DNA from: Octopus vulgaris
Taxonomy: Eukaryota
Reading direction: 5' to 3'
DNA length: 64,000 nt
NCBI GenBank assembly: GCA_951406725.2
Contig: OX597827.1
Location: 60,884,001-60,948,000 of the forward strand
In this document: one piece after another, positions 13,791 through 46,285 of the stretch
How positions within the stretch are numbered: position 1 is the stretch's first letter
How the letters are laid out: each line of letters begins with the position of its first letter
Translations under genes and position numbers: made by a program
Notes under the pieces: model-generated
What the model was told of the DNA's origin: nothing
Database searches by the model: none
Seen by the model: the letters and a program-made list of their open reading frames with translations, nothing else

Positions 13791-14252
13791 GAATTTGGTA
13801 AACAGAAACTGAAAGAAGCCTATATATATAATTAATAATATCAGGGTAATAAAGATTTTAGACATTTTTACTACCAGTGGCTTAGCGTATACAAAAATTT
13901 AGTCAATAGACTATATATTATTCATATAAAATACACTGTACATTTAAACACATTAAGATGTTTCCATCATAGGAATCCTTTACACTAGAAAGAACAGCTA
14001 AAGTCCAAAGCACTAATTAAGGATAAATTCTCTAAGAGAATGAAAAATATAAACATTTACCATCTCTTTCCTGGACCATGGTTTCTGACTTATTCTAGTA
14101 AATAAAATAGTAAATTAAATGTACACTGTATTTATATATCATCATCATCATCATCGTTTAATGATGATGATGATGATATATAAATACAGTGTACATTTAA
14201 TTTACTATTTTATTTTATATATATATTTACTATTTTATATATATATATATAT

Positions 14253-14640
14253 ATCATCATCATCATCATCATCATCGTTTAACGTCCACTTTCCATGCTA
14301 GCATGGGTTGGATGGTTCAACTGGGATCTGGGAAGCCAGAAGGCTGCACCAGGCTCTGGTCTTATCTGGCAATGTTTCTACAGCTGGATGCCCTTCCTAA
14401 TGCCAACCACTCCGTGAGTGTAGTGGGTGCTTTTTACGTGCTACCGGCACAGGTGCCAGACGAGGCTGGCAACGGCCACAATTGGATCGTGCTTTTTACG
14501 TGCCACCGGCATGGAGGCCAGTCAGGGCGGCGCTGGCAACGGCCACATTCGGATGGTTCTCTTACGTACCACCGGCACTGGTATCACAACTACAATTTCC
14601 ATTGATGTTGATCGATTTCGATTTTCACTTGCCTCAAGTG
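14253..14640 (-). mobile_element. RTE 3' UTR fragment or RTE-related short element with (GAT)n tail
   Basis: (CAT)nCGTTTAACGTCC..CATGCTAGCATGGGTTGG on +. Related copies at 15863, 19101, 26453, 34795, 40580 and 61393. Confidence 0.8.
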
Positions 14641-14812
14641 AAAATATATATATCCTTTAAGTGATATATATATCCTTGAAGTTTGTTTACCGGAAGTATT
14701 TTTGAGTACATATATAAAAGCTCCCATTTTATTATGTTGGTTACAGCCTTGTGATTCCAACCTGCAACAGCAGTTTTATGGGATTGTACTGAGCTGTGCC
14801 GATATAACATGG

Positions 14813-15553
14813 GATAAATATAGTAATAATAATCCATGGATGGAATTAATAAATATTTTAATGTATCTCTGCACGTTTCCACAAATCACATTTTTTTGTG
14901 ACCATAGTCCACATTCCTGAGATGATTACAATACAATCTGTAATATTGATGGACAATCAGTGGGGGTTTTCTTCATGCATTCATGACTTCTGAGATCCAT
15001 GGATATTACAGCTTGTACTTGTAATCATCTTAGGAATACTCTTTACTCTTTTACTTGTTTCAGTCATTTGACTGTGGCCATGCTGGAGCACCGCCTTTAG
15101 TCGAGCAAATTGACCCCAGGACTTATTCTTTGTAAGCCTAGTACTTATTCTATCGGTCTCTTTTGCCGAACCGCTAAGTTACAGGGACGTAAACACACCA
15201 GCATTGGTTGTCAAGCAATGTTGGGGGGACAAACACAGACACACAAACACACACACACATTTACATACATATATACGACAGGCTTCTTTCAGTTTCCGTC
15301 TACCAAATCCACTCACAAGGCTTTGGTCGGTCTGAGGCTATAGTAGAAGACACTTGCCCGAGGTGCCATGCACTGGAACTGAACCCGGAACCATGTGGTT
15401 TGCAAGCAAGTTACTTACCACACAGCCATTCCTACGCCTAGGAATGTGGACTATGGTCACCAAAAACATGTGGTTTGTGAAAATACACATAGTGGTACAT
15501 TAAAATATGTATAAATTCCATCCATAGATTATTATCATTATTACTAAGTTTAT
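14813..15553. mobile_element. Foldback/MITE-like element with inverted arms of about 135 bp, split by a SINE
   Basis: GTGACCATAGTCCACATTCCT (left) versus AGGAATGTGGACTATGGTCAC (right). The SINE sits at 15038-15438. Confidence 0.6.
15038..15438 (-). mobile_element. SINE family A, full length with TSD
   Basis: 7-bp TSD TAGGAAT at 15031-15037 and 15439-15445. Confidence 0.9.
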
Positions 15554-15734
15554 ACATACATATGTGGAGGCACATGGCTTAGTGGTCGAGGCATTGCATT
15601 AATATTCCTCACACTTTCCATTGCATTGTTGCCTTTATTGAACCCATAAAGCAAAATTGCTGAATATGCTCCTTTGTCACTTCCATTATAGCTTTGGAAA
15701 AATAACTGTTAAAATTGAACTGGACTCCTTAAAA

Positions 15735-15792
<58 letters not shown>

Positions 15793-18398
15793 TACACACA
15801 CATATATACACACATATATATATACACACACACATACATATACACATATCTGTGTATGTATATCATCATCATCATCATCGTTTAACGTCTGCTTTCCATG
15901 CTAGCATGGGTTGGACAGTTTGATTGAGGACTGGTGAACCAGATGGCTGCACCAGGCTCCAATCTTGATTTGGCAGAGTTTCTACAGCTGGATGCCCTTC
16001 CTAACGCCAACCAGTCTAAGAGTGTAGTGGGTGCTTTTTATGTGCCACCGGCATGGGGGCCAGTCAGGCAGTACTGGCAATGACCTCGCTCGAATCTTTT
16101 TACACATGCCACCAGCACTGGTGCCAGTAAGACGACGTTGGTACTTATATATAAATATATATAAATAAGGCAGTGAACTGGCAGAATCGTTAGCCCACCG
16201 GGCAAAGTGCTTAACGGTATTTCGTCTGCCGCTACATTCTGAGTTCAAATTCCTCCGAGGTCGACTTTGCCTTTCATCCTTTTGGGGTCAATTAAATAAG
16301 TACCAGTTACGCTCTGGGGTCGATATAATCGACTTAATCCATTTGTCTGTCCTTGTTTGTCCCCTCTGTGTTTAGCCCCTTGTGGGCAGTAAAGACATAG
16401 GTACTTATATATATATATATCTAAGTGTTTTACTGCCTCCTTGCCTTGACATGGTGCATTAGTTGTGTGTGTCCTTTGTTTCCATTCTTCTGAGACATGT
16501 TTGCCCATGGGGAAATATTACCTTACTTGGCAATGTGAAAGTTGGCAACAAGAAGGGCATCCAGCTGTAGAAAATCTGCCTCAACTGATTCTGTCTGATC
16601 CATGCAGACATGGAAAAGTGGACATTAACCAATGATGATGATGACAATGATAGCAATGCTTTGGAGGGAAATTGAAACAGCATTTTTATGGACAGATGCA
16701 GTGTTTTCTTTTTCTGTTGCTATCTCTTACTTGTCTTTTGAGTAGGGATTTTTTTTTTTTTTTTTTTGGCTGAGGAATTAGAAAGTGGAGAGCTACTGGA
16801 CAGACAATTTGTTGATGAGAAATGTCAAAAAATCCAACTAGCTGAGCCCAACCAAAACTAGTGGCATCACTGATTGTAGCTGAGCTGCAAATAGTGACAT
16901 CGCGATTCATAGCTCAGCGTACTTTGATAAACATTCAAACACACATACACATATACATACACACACCTACACGCACATTCACACAAACGCATGCATTCAT
17001 GCACATCCACCCAAATACATGCATATAGACACACATGCACATATATGCACAAACACATGCATGTACACATACACATACACACTTGCATATATTCTCATAT
17101 GCGCAGTCACACACACACACACACACTCTGTTCTTCTTTCAGTTTCCATCTACCAAATTTTTTTCCCAAATCTATAGTACAAAAACACGTTGTCCAAGGT
17201 GCTTGTGCTGCACAGTAAGACTGAACCAAAAACCATATGGTTTAGAAGTGAACTTCTTAACCACATAGTCATACCTGCACCTCCTAGTTTTATATCAAAT
17301 TTTGCAAAACAAGACTTGATAAGACCATAACCCATACAACACGGATTAGTTTCTTATCATAATAAAGGAAATTTAATTCAGTCAGATGTTCATGTCCTGA
17401 TAAGAACCTGACCTTTTTAGCAATTATCATATTCTTTGGGGATATGAAGACTGAAGACGTTTTTAAAGATCTTACAGTCTTAAAAATTCATTGTTTCTAG
17501 TTTCCAGAAGCTTCTCTATTACCAAAGCTTTATGTATGATCCTTTGGCACCGGTATGGCTGTGGTTTAGAAGCTTACTTTGCGACCATGTGGTTCCAGGG
17601 TCAGTTCTACTGTGCAGCACTTTGGGCAAGGGTTTTGTGTTAAAGCTTCATTATTTCTTTACTACCCACAAGGGGCTAAACATAGAGGGGACAGACAAAT
17701 GGATTAAGTCGATTACATCGACCCCAGTACGTAACTGGTACTTAATTTATCGACCCCCGAAAGTATGAAAGACAAAGTCGACCTCGGCGGAATTTGAACT
17801 CAGAACATAGCGACAGACGAAATACCTATTTCTTTACTACCCACAAGGGGCTAAACACAGAAGGGACAAACAAGGACAGACAAACAGATTAAGTCGATTA
17901 CATCGACCCCAGTGCATAACTGGTACTTAATTTATCAACCCCAAAAGGATGAAAGGCAAAGTCGACCTCGGTGGAATTTGAACTCAGAACGTAGCGGCAG
18001 ACGAAATACCACTAAGCATTTCACCCGGCGTGCCAGCTTGCTGCCTTTAAAGCTTTGTGCTGACCAATACCCTCTGTGGAAGCCCATCTTGTGTGTATAA
18101 ATATGTGTGTGTGTGTATGTGTACACACACATATATGTCCGTGTTTATATCTTTCTGTCTGTCATGCTGCCTCTGCTTAACAGACCACATTGGTTTGTTT
18201 ATGTGTCTATCCTTATAACTTAGCAGTTTGGCAAAAGAAAGTGATAGAATGAGTACCAAACTCTAAAAGAAAACAAAAACAAAACAGCATAAGGGGTCAA
18301 TTTGTTCCACTAAAATCCTTTAAGGAGGTACCCTAACATGATAACCTTCCGATTACTGAAACAAGTAAAAGAGAAATGTACAGCTACCCACTTTAGAT

Positions 18399-18789
18399 AC
18401 TCTCTTTACTCTTTTACTTGTTTCAGTCATTTGACTGTGGCCATGCTGGAGCACCGCCTTTAGTCGAGCAAATCGACCCCAGGACTTATTCTTTGTAAGC
18501 CTAGTACTTATTCTATCGGTCTCTTTTGATGAACCGCTGAGTTACAGGGGCATAAACACACCAGCATCGGTTGTCAAGCGATGTTGGGGGGACAAACAGA
18601 CACACAAACACACACAAACATATATACGACGGGCTTCTTTCAGTTTCCGTCTACCAAATCCACTAACAAGGCTTTGGTCGGCCCGGGGCTATAGTAGAAG
18701 ACACTTGCCCAAGGTGCCTCGCAGTGGGACCGAACCCAGAACCATGTGGTTGGTTAGCAAGCTACTTACCACACAGTCACTCCTACGCC
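18399..18789 (-). mobile_element. SINE family A, full length
   Basis: Reverse complement of the family consensus from end to end. Confidence 0.88.
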
Positions 18790-19672
18790 TATAGATGAGA
18801 AGAAATCTCTTCTTTGTTTTGCATCATTGGTATTCAAAAGGTCTTTCATTCTTGGTGTTGCAGTAAGCATTGCAGCTAAACCACTGTCATGTCTGGATCA
18901 TTAAGTAATAGTTTAATAATTATAACAAGAGCATTTGCATAACTGATACTTATTTTATCAACCCCGAAAGAATGAAAGTCAAAGTCAACCTCGGAAGAAT
19001 TTGAACTCAGAATGTAAAGACAGATAAAATGCTGCTAAGCGTTTTGTCTGATCCATTAATAATTCTGCCACCTTGCCACAAGAAATAATAATGATAATAA
19101 TCATCATCATCATCATTGTTTAACATCCGTTTTCCATGCTAGCATGGGTTGGACGGTTCAACTGGGGTCTGGGAAGCCCGAAGGCTGCACCAGGTTAGTC
19201 AGATCTGGCAGTGTTTCTACAGCTGGATGCCCTTCCTAACGTCAACCACTCCGTGAGTGTAGTGGGTGCTTTTTACATGCCACCGACACAAGTGCCAGTC
19301 GAGGCTGGCAAACGGCCACGCTCAGATGGTGCTTTTTACGTGCCACCAGCACGGAGGCCAAGTGAGGCTGGCAACAGCCACAATCGGATGGTGTTTGTTA
19401 CGTGCCACCGGCACGGATGGTTTCAAATTTTGCCACAAGGTCAGCAATTTGGGGGGAGAGATTGAGTCGATTATTTCGACCCCAGTATTCAACTGGTATT
19501 TATTTTATCGACCCCAAAAGGATGAAAGGTAAAGTTGACCTCAGTGGAATTTGAACTCAGAACGTAGCAATGGGTGAAATACTGCTAAGCATTTCATTCA
19601 GCGTGCTAAGGATTCTGCCGGCTCACCGCCCTAATAATAATAATAGTAGTACAGGACTATACTGTGTGGGGT

Positions 19673-19907
19673 AAAAGGCGGCAAGCTGGCAGAAATGTTA
19701 GCGCACCGGGCGAAATGCTTAGCGGTATTTCGTCTGTCATTACGTTCTGAGTTCAAATTCCGCCGAGGTTGACTTTGCCTTTCATCCTTTCGGGGTCGAT
19801 AAATAAAGTACCAGTTTCGCACTGGGGTCGATGTAATTGACTTAACCCCTTTGTCTGTCCTTGTTTGTCCCCTCTATGTTTAGCCCCTTGTGGGCAGTAA
19901 AGAAATA
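19673..19907 (+). mobile_element. SINE family B with 15-bp TSD
   Basis: TATACTGTGTGGGGT at 19658-19672 and 19908-19922. Confidence 0.9.
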
Positions 19908-20030
19908 TATACTGTGTGGGGTTAATAATAAATAAGTGAATTAAAAATATGATTAAATAAATAAATAAAGTAGTTAATATTTTTATGTTTTGAAGAAAAA
20001 TTTAATTCTAACCAAAATCTTACATTTCAG

Positions 20031-38775
<18,745 letters not shown>

Positions 38776-39102
38776 TAAAATAATCAACGATAGTTTTGTT
38801 TTTGTATTTGTTTTTTTAAGTATTTTTCTGTATTTGTTATTGTTTTTGAAAGGTAATAGGGTGGATGGTGGTCTTGAAGACATTCAATTCTATTCACAAA
38901 TGATCGCAATAAAGATTTCCAAATTTTTTTTGGTGCCTTCTCCCCCTTTTCTCTTCATGTTTCCCTTCAAACACCCTCACCCTCCCTCATACTTCCATAC
39001 ACCTCTTTATGGTTTGTCTTTTAAACAATATTTCTCTGCAGCTTTCTTGTTTGCACATACACTGTCTCTCTTTATCATATTTGATGTTATATAAAATGCC
39101 TT

Positions 39103-39336
39103 AAGGCAGCGATCTGGCAGAAACGTTAGCACGCCGGGTGAAATGCTTAGCGGTATTTCGTCTGCCGCTACGTTCTGAGTTCAAATTCTGCCGAGGTCGA
39201 CTTTGCCTTTCATCCTTTCGGGGTCGATTAAATAAGTACCAGTTACGCACTGGGGTCGATCTAATTGACTTAATCCGTTTGTCTGGCCTTGTTTGTCCCT
39301 TCTGTGTTTAGCCCCTTGTGGGTAGTAAAGAAATAG
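39103..39336 (+). mobile_element. SINE family B with TSD
   Basis: ATAAAATGCCTT duplicated at 39091 and 39341. Confidence 0.88.
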
Positions 39337-40189
39337 TTACATAAAATGCCTTCTTCCCCCCCAAAAAAGTATTTCTTAGAAATTACTCCAGGTCCTATTA
39401 TACGAAGTTGAGACTCCCATAAACTTTAACAGTATTTAAACAAACCAAATCCAGCTCAAATATTCTACCTGTTTTCTGTTAAAACTAGTCAGATCTGTCC
39501 TCTTGCACCTAATCTACACTGTCATTCAAAAAATAAACAATCACACCATTGAAATCTTGAACCTATGAGATAATGCATGATTAATTTTTAAGCAATACAG
39601 ATAAATAAGCATTACATTTGACAGAGTAATCTGAAAGCTAAAACATTAATGCAGCAAAAATATGCACTTATATGGTGTGCACTTAATATGCCCATGCATC
39701 TTTTATGCCATCAGAAACAGCATCTATTTTCTCTACTTCCTTCACTCAATTTATTTTCTCTTTCTCTCTCTCCCACCTCTTTTAGCCTCACTCTCAGCAC
39801 ATTGAATCAATAGTCCTCTACTTTCACTTTTCCTTTCACTATCACTCTCTCACATAACACCTTTCTTTCTGTCAATAACTTCTCTCTCTCCTTATGTGTG
39901 TGTGTATATATATGCATACACATACATAGTACTCATATCAAAAAGTGTCCTCACACACACACAAATATATATAATAATAGTTTTACATTTTTTCTGTGCT
40001 GCCCTGTGTTTTACAGTTCTGTTCCAAAACAGTCTCATAACTTGTTAGGAACTTACCTTTTCTCACACACATAACAATATATTTTATATGTAAGTAAATA
40101 TGAGAGTGATATTACTATCAAAATATCATTAGTGGCAGCGAGTACCAGCCGTACAGGCGAAATTAATAAAATATATATAAGATATATAC

Positions 40190-40232
<43 letters not shown>

Positions 40233-41064
40233 AGGGTACTATGTGAGCACCTGCATCACTAAAAATAGAAGTCAAAAATACTTCTGTGCCACGGAATAGT
40301 CACAAAATTAATACAAGCATGATAGGAAAAAATTCCAGTGACCAATAACATCGTGTTACCTCTGCTAGGTCAGCAAAATTAATACTAGTTAGTTTGATAT
40401 GATTTTCATCAGTCAAACTTGCCAGCCAACAGCTACTAAAATTTGCCCCCACCATGCCTGCAAATTCATTTGAAGTGGCCAAACACCACTCAAACAAAAT
40501 ACGTGAAATTATTCACAAGAAAATATGAGTGTGTTAGTACTATCAAAATACCAGCCATACAGGCAAAATTAATAAAATATCATCATCATCATCATCATCG
40601 CTTAACGTCCGCTTTCCATGCTAGCAAGGGTTGGAAAATTTGACTGAAGTCTGGCGAACCAGATGGCTGCACCAGGCTCCAATCTGATCTGGCAGAGTTT
40701 CTACAGCTGGATGCCCTTCCTAATGCCAACCACTCCGAGAGTGTAGTGGGTGCTTTTACGTGCCACTGGCACGAGGGCCGGTCAGTTGGTACTGGCAATG
40801 GCCACACTCAAATGGTGTTTTTTACACGCCACCTCTGCACAGGAGCCAGTCCAGCTGCACTGGAAATGACCTCACTCAAATGTTTTTTTCAATTGCCAGT
40901 AAGGTGACACTAGTAATGATCACGCCCGAATGGTGCTCTTTACGTGCCACTGGCATGGAAACCAGTTTGCTGCTCTGGCAACAATCAGGCTTGGATGGTG
41001 CTTTTAGCACGGATGCCAGTCATCGAATTTGATTTCAATTTATATATATATATATATATATATA

Positions 41065-41885
41065 GAAGGGTACTACATGAGCACCTGCATTGCTAAAAAT
41101 AGAAGTCAAAAATACTTCAGTGTCACGGAATAGTCATAAAATTAATACAAGCACAATAGGTAAAGATTTCAGTGAACAATAAAGTTGTCTTACCTCTGCT
41201 ACGTCAAAAAAATTAATGCTGGTTAGTTTGATATGATTTTGAATTTAGTGCCAAATGGTGTCTGATTCTCCTGAGCCAAAAACTGCTAAAATTTGTCCCT
41301 ATGCCTGCAAATTCGTTTGAGGTGGCCAAACACCACTCAAACAAACGAAGTACGTGAAATTATTTATTACTAAATATGAGAGTTGGCCGCTTCAAACGAA
41401 TTTTCGGGCATGGTGGGGGCAAATTTTAGTCGTTGGCTCATGAGAATCAGGCAACGTTTGGCGCTAAATTCGAAATCCTGATATCAAACTAATCAGCATT
41501 ACTTTTGCTGACCTAGCAGAGGTAAGACAATTTTATTGGTCACTGGAATTTTTTTTTATAATGCTTGTATTAATTTTATGACTATTCTGTGGCACAGAAG
41601 GCAGCGAGCTGGCAGAAAAGCTAGCATGCCGGGCAAAATGCTTAGCGGCATTTAGTTTATTTATATGTTCTGAGTTCAAATTCCGCCAAGGTCGACTTTG
41701 CCTTTCATCCTTTCAGGGCCGATTAAATAAGTACCAGTTACGCACTGGGGTTGATGTAATCAACTTAATCCCTTTGTCTGTCCTTGTTTGTCCCCTCTAT
41801 ATTTAGCCTCTTGTGGGCAATAAAGAAATTAGAAGTATTTTTGACTTCTATTTTTAGCGATGCAGGTGCTCACATAGTACCCTTG
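41065..41885. mobile_element. Foldback DNA element with inverted arms of about 270 bp; right arm split by a family B SINE; extra solo arm at 40231-40580
   Basis: AAGGGTACTAC.TGAGCACCTGCAT.. versus ..ATGCAGGTGCTCACATAGTACCCTTG, with (TA)n flanks. The SINE at about 41600-41830 is flanked by AGAAG. Confidence 0.8.
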
Positions 41886-42485
41886 TATATATATATATAT
41901 ATATCTTATATAACAAAAGATACAAATATATATCTTTTGTTATATATATCTTTTATTTATATATATACACACATCATTTATATATATGTATTTTATGTAT
42001 ATATATATGTATTTTTTATATATATACATATACATGTATATATACACACACACACAAAGAGGGAGTTCAAGCATAGCCATGCGGTTAAGCAGTTTGATCC
42101 CTAACCATATGGCTTCAGGTTCAGTCCCACTGTGTCATACCTTGGGCAAGTGTCTTCTACTATAGCCCTGGGTTTTCTAGATGGATTTGGTAGACAGAAG
42201 TTAAAAGAAGCCCACTGTAGACCTACATGCATACACACGTGTCTATGTGCTTGTTTGTCTACTTATCTTGGTAGTTGTAAATGATTGACATTGTCATAGT
42301 GTTATTCATTTCCAATATTCTCCGAGAACATGTTTGACCATGTGAAAACATTACCTTACTTGCAAGCAGGTGACTAGATGGGCATCTAGCCATAGAAAAT
42401 CTGCCTAAATAAAACTCTATCTAACTCATTCAGGCAGGCAAAAGCGGATGTTAAAATAATAATGAAGATGACGATTATATATATA

Positions 42486-42939
42486 CCGTAAATCCTCGAG
42501 TATAATCCAAATTTTTTTCCCAAAATTTAAAGATCAAAATCCCTAGTGTGTATTATACACGAGGTTAAAAATGAAAATTATTTTCTAGGCAATGTCCGAG
42601 TCTCTATTTGCTGTCCGGCAATGTTTATTCAGATGCATTTTGTGATGTCAGGTGCGAAAATACCTTAAATCATCCATAACTTGCTGTAAGCAACATTTAT
42701 TAAATATTTCTTTATTTTTTGCAAACAAAATGCACAAAAAAGCTACATGTTTGCATTATGTTACATATAGAATAATAAAGGACGTTACCGTATACAGTTT
42801 TACAAACCAAGGACGTTATATAGACCTCCTTGACTCAAGTTAGAGAAGGTTTGCGTGTTATACAAAAGGTTTAGGTTTTTCAGAGGTACAGCCCCCTACG
42901 TATTATACTCAAGGGCAGACTATACTTGAAGATTTGCGG
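42486..42939. mobile_element. pogo/Tc2-like MITE
   Basis: TIRs CCGTAAATCCTCGAGTATAATC and GACTATACTTGAAGATTTGCGG, TA flanks, subterminal TTATAC..RAGG repeats. Confidence 0.8.
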
Positions 42940-42964
42940 TATATATATATATATATATATATAT

Positions 42965-44110
42965 GGGGTGTAATAGGTAAAGAGGGACCACTTAAATATC
43001 TTTATTATAATTGGTATGACTCAGGGAAAATCAAACACTGCAAATTTTTTTGCCAATTTGTTGTGGAGTGTTTAGCAGTTATTTCAGTTCAATTTGACCA
43101 CCATTTGCTTTCTTTGCCAGTTGAATCCATTTACGAAATGATGCCAATACCTTAACTATTTCTTCCTTTTTCGTTTTACTGAATGGCTCGCTTGATCGAA
43201 GCCTTCAGTGAAGACACATGATTGTGAGTAGTTGTATTAGATATTGATTCAACTGCGTCCCCACCCCCCCATAGGCAAAAACCACAGAGATTCAAATCTG
43301 GCAAGCTGGAGGGCCAGATATCTTTTGGGACAAGCATGAGCAATTCCTCCTCCAAAATTTCTTGCACTCTTTTCAAAGAATGGGTGGGTGTGGAGTCCTG
43401 TACAAACATGACTATTTGCATCATAATCCAAGACGACGAAATTTTTTAGATTTTGAGATACTCTGCTGTGTTGATTTTAAGACCCACTTCAATAAAATGA
43501 GGAGGCATCAATTTCCCTTCACTTGCAACAGCTCCAAAGACCATAATGAAAGCCGGATTCTTGCTATGCAGAGCTGAAGAAATTCAATAGGGGTCATATG
43601 CTATCACATGAGTTTTAATACTTTGTAAATTTTCTTACACCACGAAGATGCGGGCGTCTCAGCCATATTTCAGATGACTAGGAAGTTTGGGATTCCTTTC
43701 AGCTTGAATGGTTTTGGAATGGGTAGTTAGGATGTTATGGTGTTTCCTCGTGTACAATTTCATATGGAGGTCTTGTCTTACAGTCCTAGAAATGGTCATT
43801 TTACTGATTCCTCAATTGTGAGCTAACTTTGCCATCAGTTTTGATGGGTTCGACTCAACTGATCTTTGAAGTCCTGCTAAGAAGTGAGGTGTGCATTTTT
43901 GGTCACTACAAGAAATATGAAGCTTTCTCCAAACTTCCTGATTTTTTTTTTCAAATTGGCTACAACTCTAAAAACGGTAGATCTGGCATACTTTGTAGCT
44001 CTAACAGTCTCCCCAGCACTTCTACTGGCGTGGAATAATTTGGCAATTACACTTCTACAGTTTAATTCTTTATTGGCATTCATAATTTGGTCAATCAGAA
44101 ATAAAAGATA
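42965..44110 (-). mobile_element. Decayed Tc1/mariner transposon, DD37D (maT)-like
   Basis: N-terminal HTH-like segment ..YARSTVFRVV... Catalytic segment FVQDSTPTH..WPSSLPDLNLCG has 37 residues between the second D and the third catalytic position, which is now GGT (one change from GAT). Confidence 0.8.
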
Positions 44111-44138
44111 GTGCAAGAGATTATTCAAGCTTGTAATA

Positions 44139-44268
44139 TAAGGTTGTCCCAAAAGTTCGTAAACATAAATGTCTTTATTTTGAGGAATAATTTTTGTTGT
44201 TTTTGTTAATACTTGGCGAGTAAAAATTCAATTTTCGCAAGTGTTTACAAACTTTTGGGACAACCTAA
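44139..44268. mobile_element. 130-bp mariner-type MITE
   Basis: TIRs AGGTTGTCCCAAAAGTT[C/T]GTAAACA (24 of 25 match), TA on both sides. Confidence 0.82.
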
Positions 44269-45567
44269 TATTTTAAATTTAGACTCCAGCAAAATCTATA
44301 CAATCAGAAATATAGGACCATCATCATCATTTAACTTCTGTTATCCATGCTGGCATGGGTTAGATGGCTTGACTGGAGCTGGTAAGCTGCACAAGGCTCT
44401 TGTCTGTTTTGGCTTGGTTTCTATGGTTGTATGCCCTTCCTAATGGCAACTGCTTTACAGAATGAACTAGGTGATTTTTATGTGTTTCCAGCAGGGGTGC
44501 CTTCTATGTGTCACTGGTACGAGTGCCTTTCATGCATCACCGCACTCTTTATAAACACTGTATAACACGGCATCTACTTGGAGATTACATTAAGCAATAC
44601 AAAAGAGAAGCTGGTGTTTACGGAATACTTACATTATAACAACAAATAGGCAGCACCAATCATTGCACAACTGAAACACTTACCCAGCATCAAAGTAAAA
44701 TCCAAGGTGTAATTATGAAATCCTGTGCAAACCAGTTGTGCAGATTGACTTCTAGAGTGCACATAAATCTATAAACATTAAGATAAATTTGTCTTCTATT
44801 TCTTGGAGGATGTGGCCATAATGCATATATCTACATATTTTTATCTGATCTTTAAGATGCCATGTGTTTAATATAACATTAAATTTGGCCATTTGTTACA
44901 ATAATTCTCAGAAACCTTTAAGTCTATTTTGAATAAAACATTAAAATGCTTTGTGTGTAGTTTAATTTCTTATGTGCACTAGATGTTGTTGTCAACCCCC
45001 AGGTCCCTCTTGATGTATTAGATCTGGGGTCAAAGCTATTTAAGCTGTGACTTACCAATCATGTTTTCAGACATACCTAGGTTCAATGTAACTTACTTAA
45101 GGTAGTAGATTGTGATTTTTTTTTTAGGAGGAGGGGTGTCTTTCTATTTAAAAAAAAATAATTTTACAAGTGGAACAATTGCATTAACATGTTAGCTCTC
45201 AGACAATCCTCGAGAGATAGAGTGGTATGTTTGCAAAATCCATGTGATCCTCCAGTGATTGTCTGAACAAGATTATATTTAGAGTTATGTCCCTTGGCTC
45301 CAAAGCTTCTTTCACTAGGATTTTACCACTGATTTAGCTTATATGATATATATATATATATATATCATCATAATTATTTAGTGTCCATTTTCCATGTTGG
45401 CATGGTTAGACAGTATGACTGAAATTGGTAAACAGGATAGCTGTGCCAGACTCCAGTCTGTTTTGGTTTGGTTTCTATGGCTGGATGCCCTTCCTAATAC
45501 CAACCACTTCAAAGAGTGAACCAGGTGCCTTTAACATGTCTCCAGTACTTGTGCCATATATATAATA

Positions 45568-46285
45568 CTAGCAGCTAAGCCCGGTTTCATCCGGTCTGTT
45601 TGGATGATGTGGCTGTGATCGTTTTTGGTTAGGTATAATCTATAACGGCATTTCTCAACCATATCATTTCGGGTCCCCTGTTTTGATTGGAGCCTCCCCC
45701 CCTTGTCAGAAAACAGCTTCAGGAGTTGTGAAGAACAAATTTGTACGTAGTCTGTTTCTGAGAGCTATTCTATTGGACCTCTGTGCAATCATTAAAACAT
45801 TGATTTAATTACGAACATAGAAAGAAATTATAAATTAATCCCTATTTTTGTAAACAGTTGTATCCGTAAAAAATTTTATTTGCAGAGAGCAGAAATTGAA
45901 AGAAGATATATGAAATGGATGTGTGTGTGCGTGCGTGCGTGCTTGCGCGTGTGTATGTGAGAGAAAAGAAGAGAGAAAGCATAGCAAAAGTTTTGGCTGA
46001 CTGTCATCCTGTACTCCCCTTGTTGTTAGCGAAATGGTATATGCCAGCTCTGTGAGCAACTGGTTGTTTTAATGGCGGAAAAAACAGGGGAATTCCATTA
46101 GAAAAAGTTTTAATCGATTTTCTCGGTAAGTATGGGGGCTAGGAAAAAAAATACAAACCGCATTCCAATGTATGCACCCGTCTGCACAGGTGCCATTTTT
46201 CACGCGAATCCACTCAGCCATTTGGCTGTGAACCTCTAGACAAGAAAGAATACAACAATCGCCCATGTCCAATTTATATTACAGA
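45568..46285 (-). mobile_element. Non-autonomous Helitron (second family)
   Basis: On -, A|TC start, subterminal CCGG..CCGG hairpin, CTAG|T end. Confidence 0.7.
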
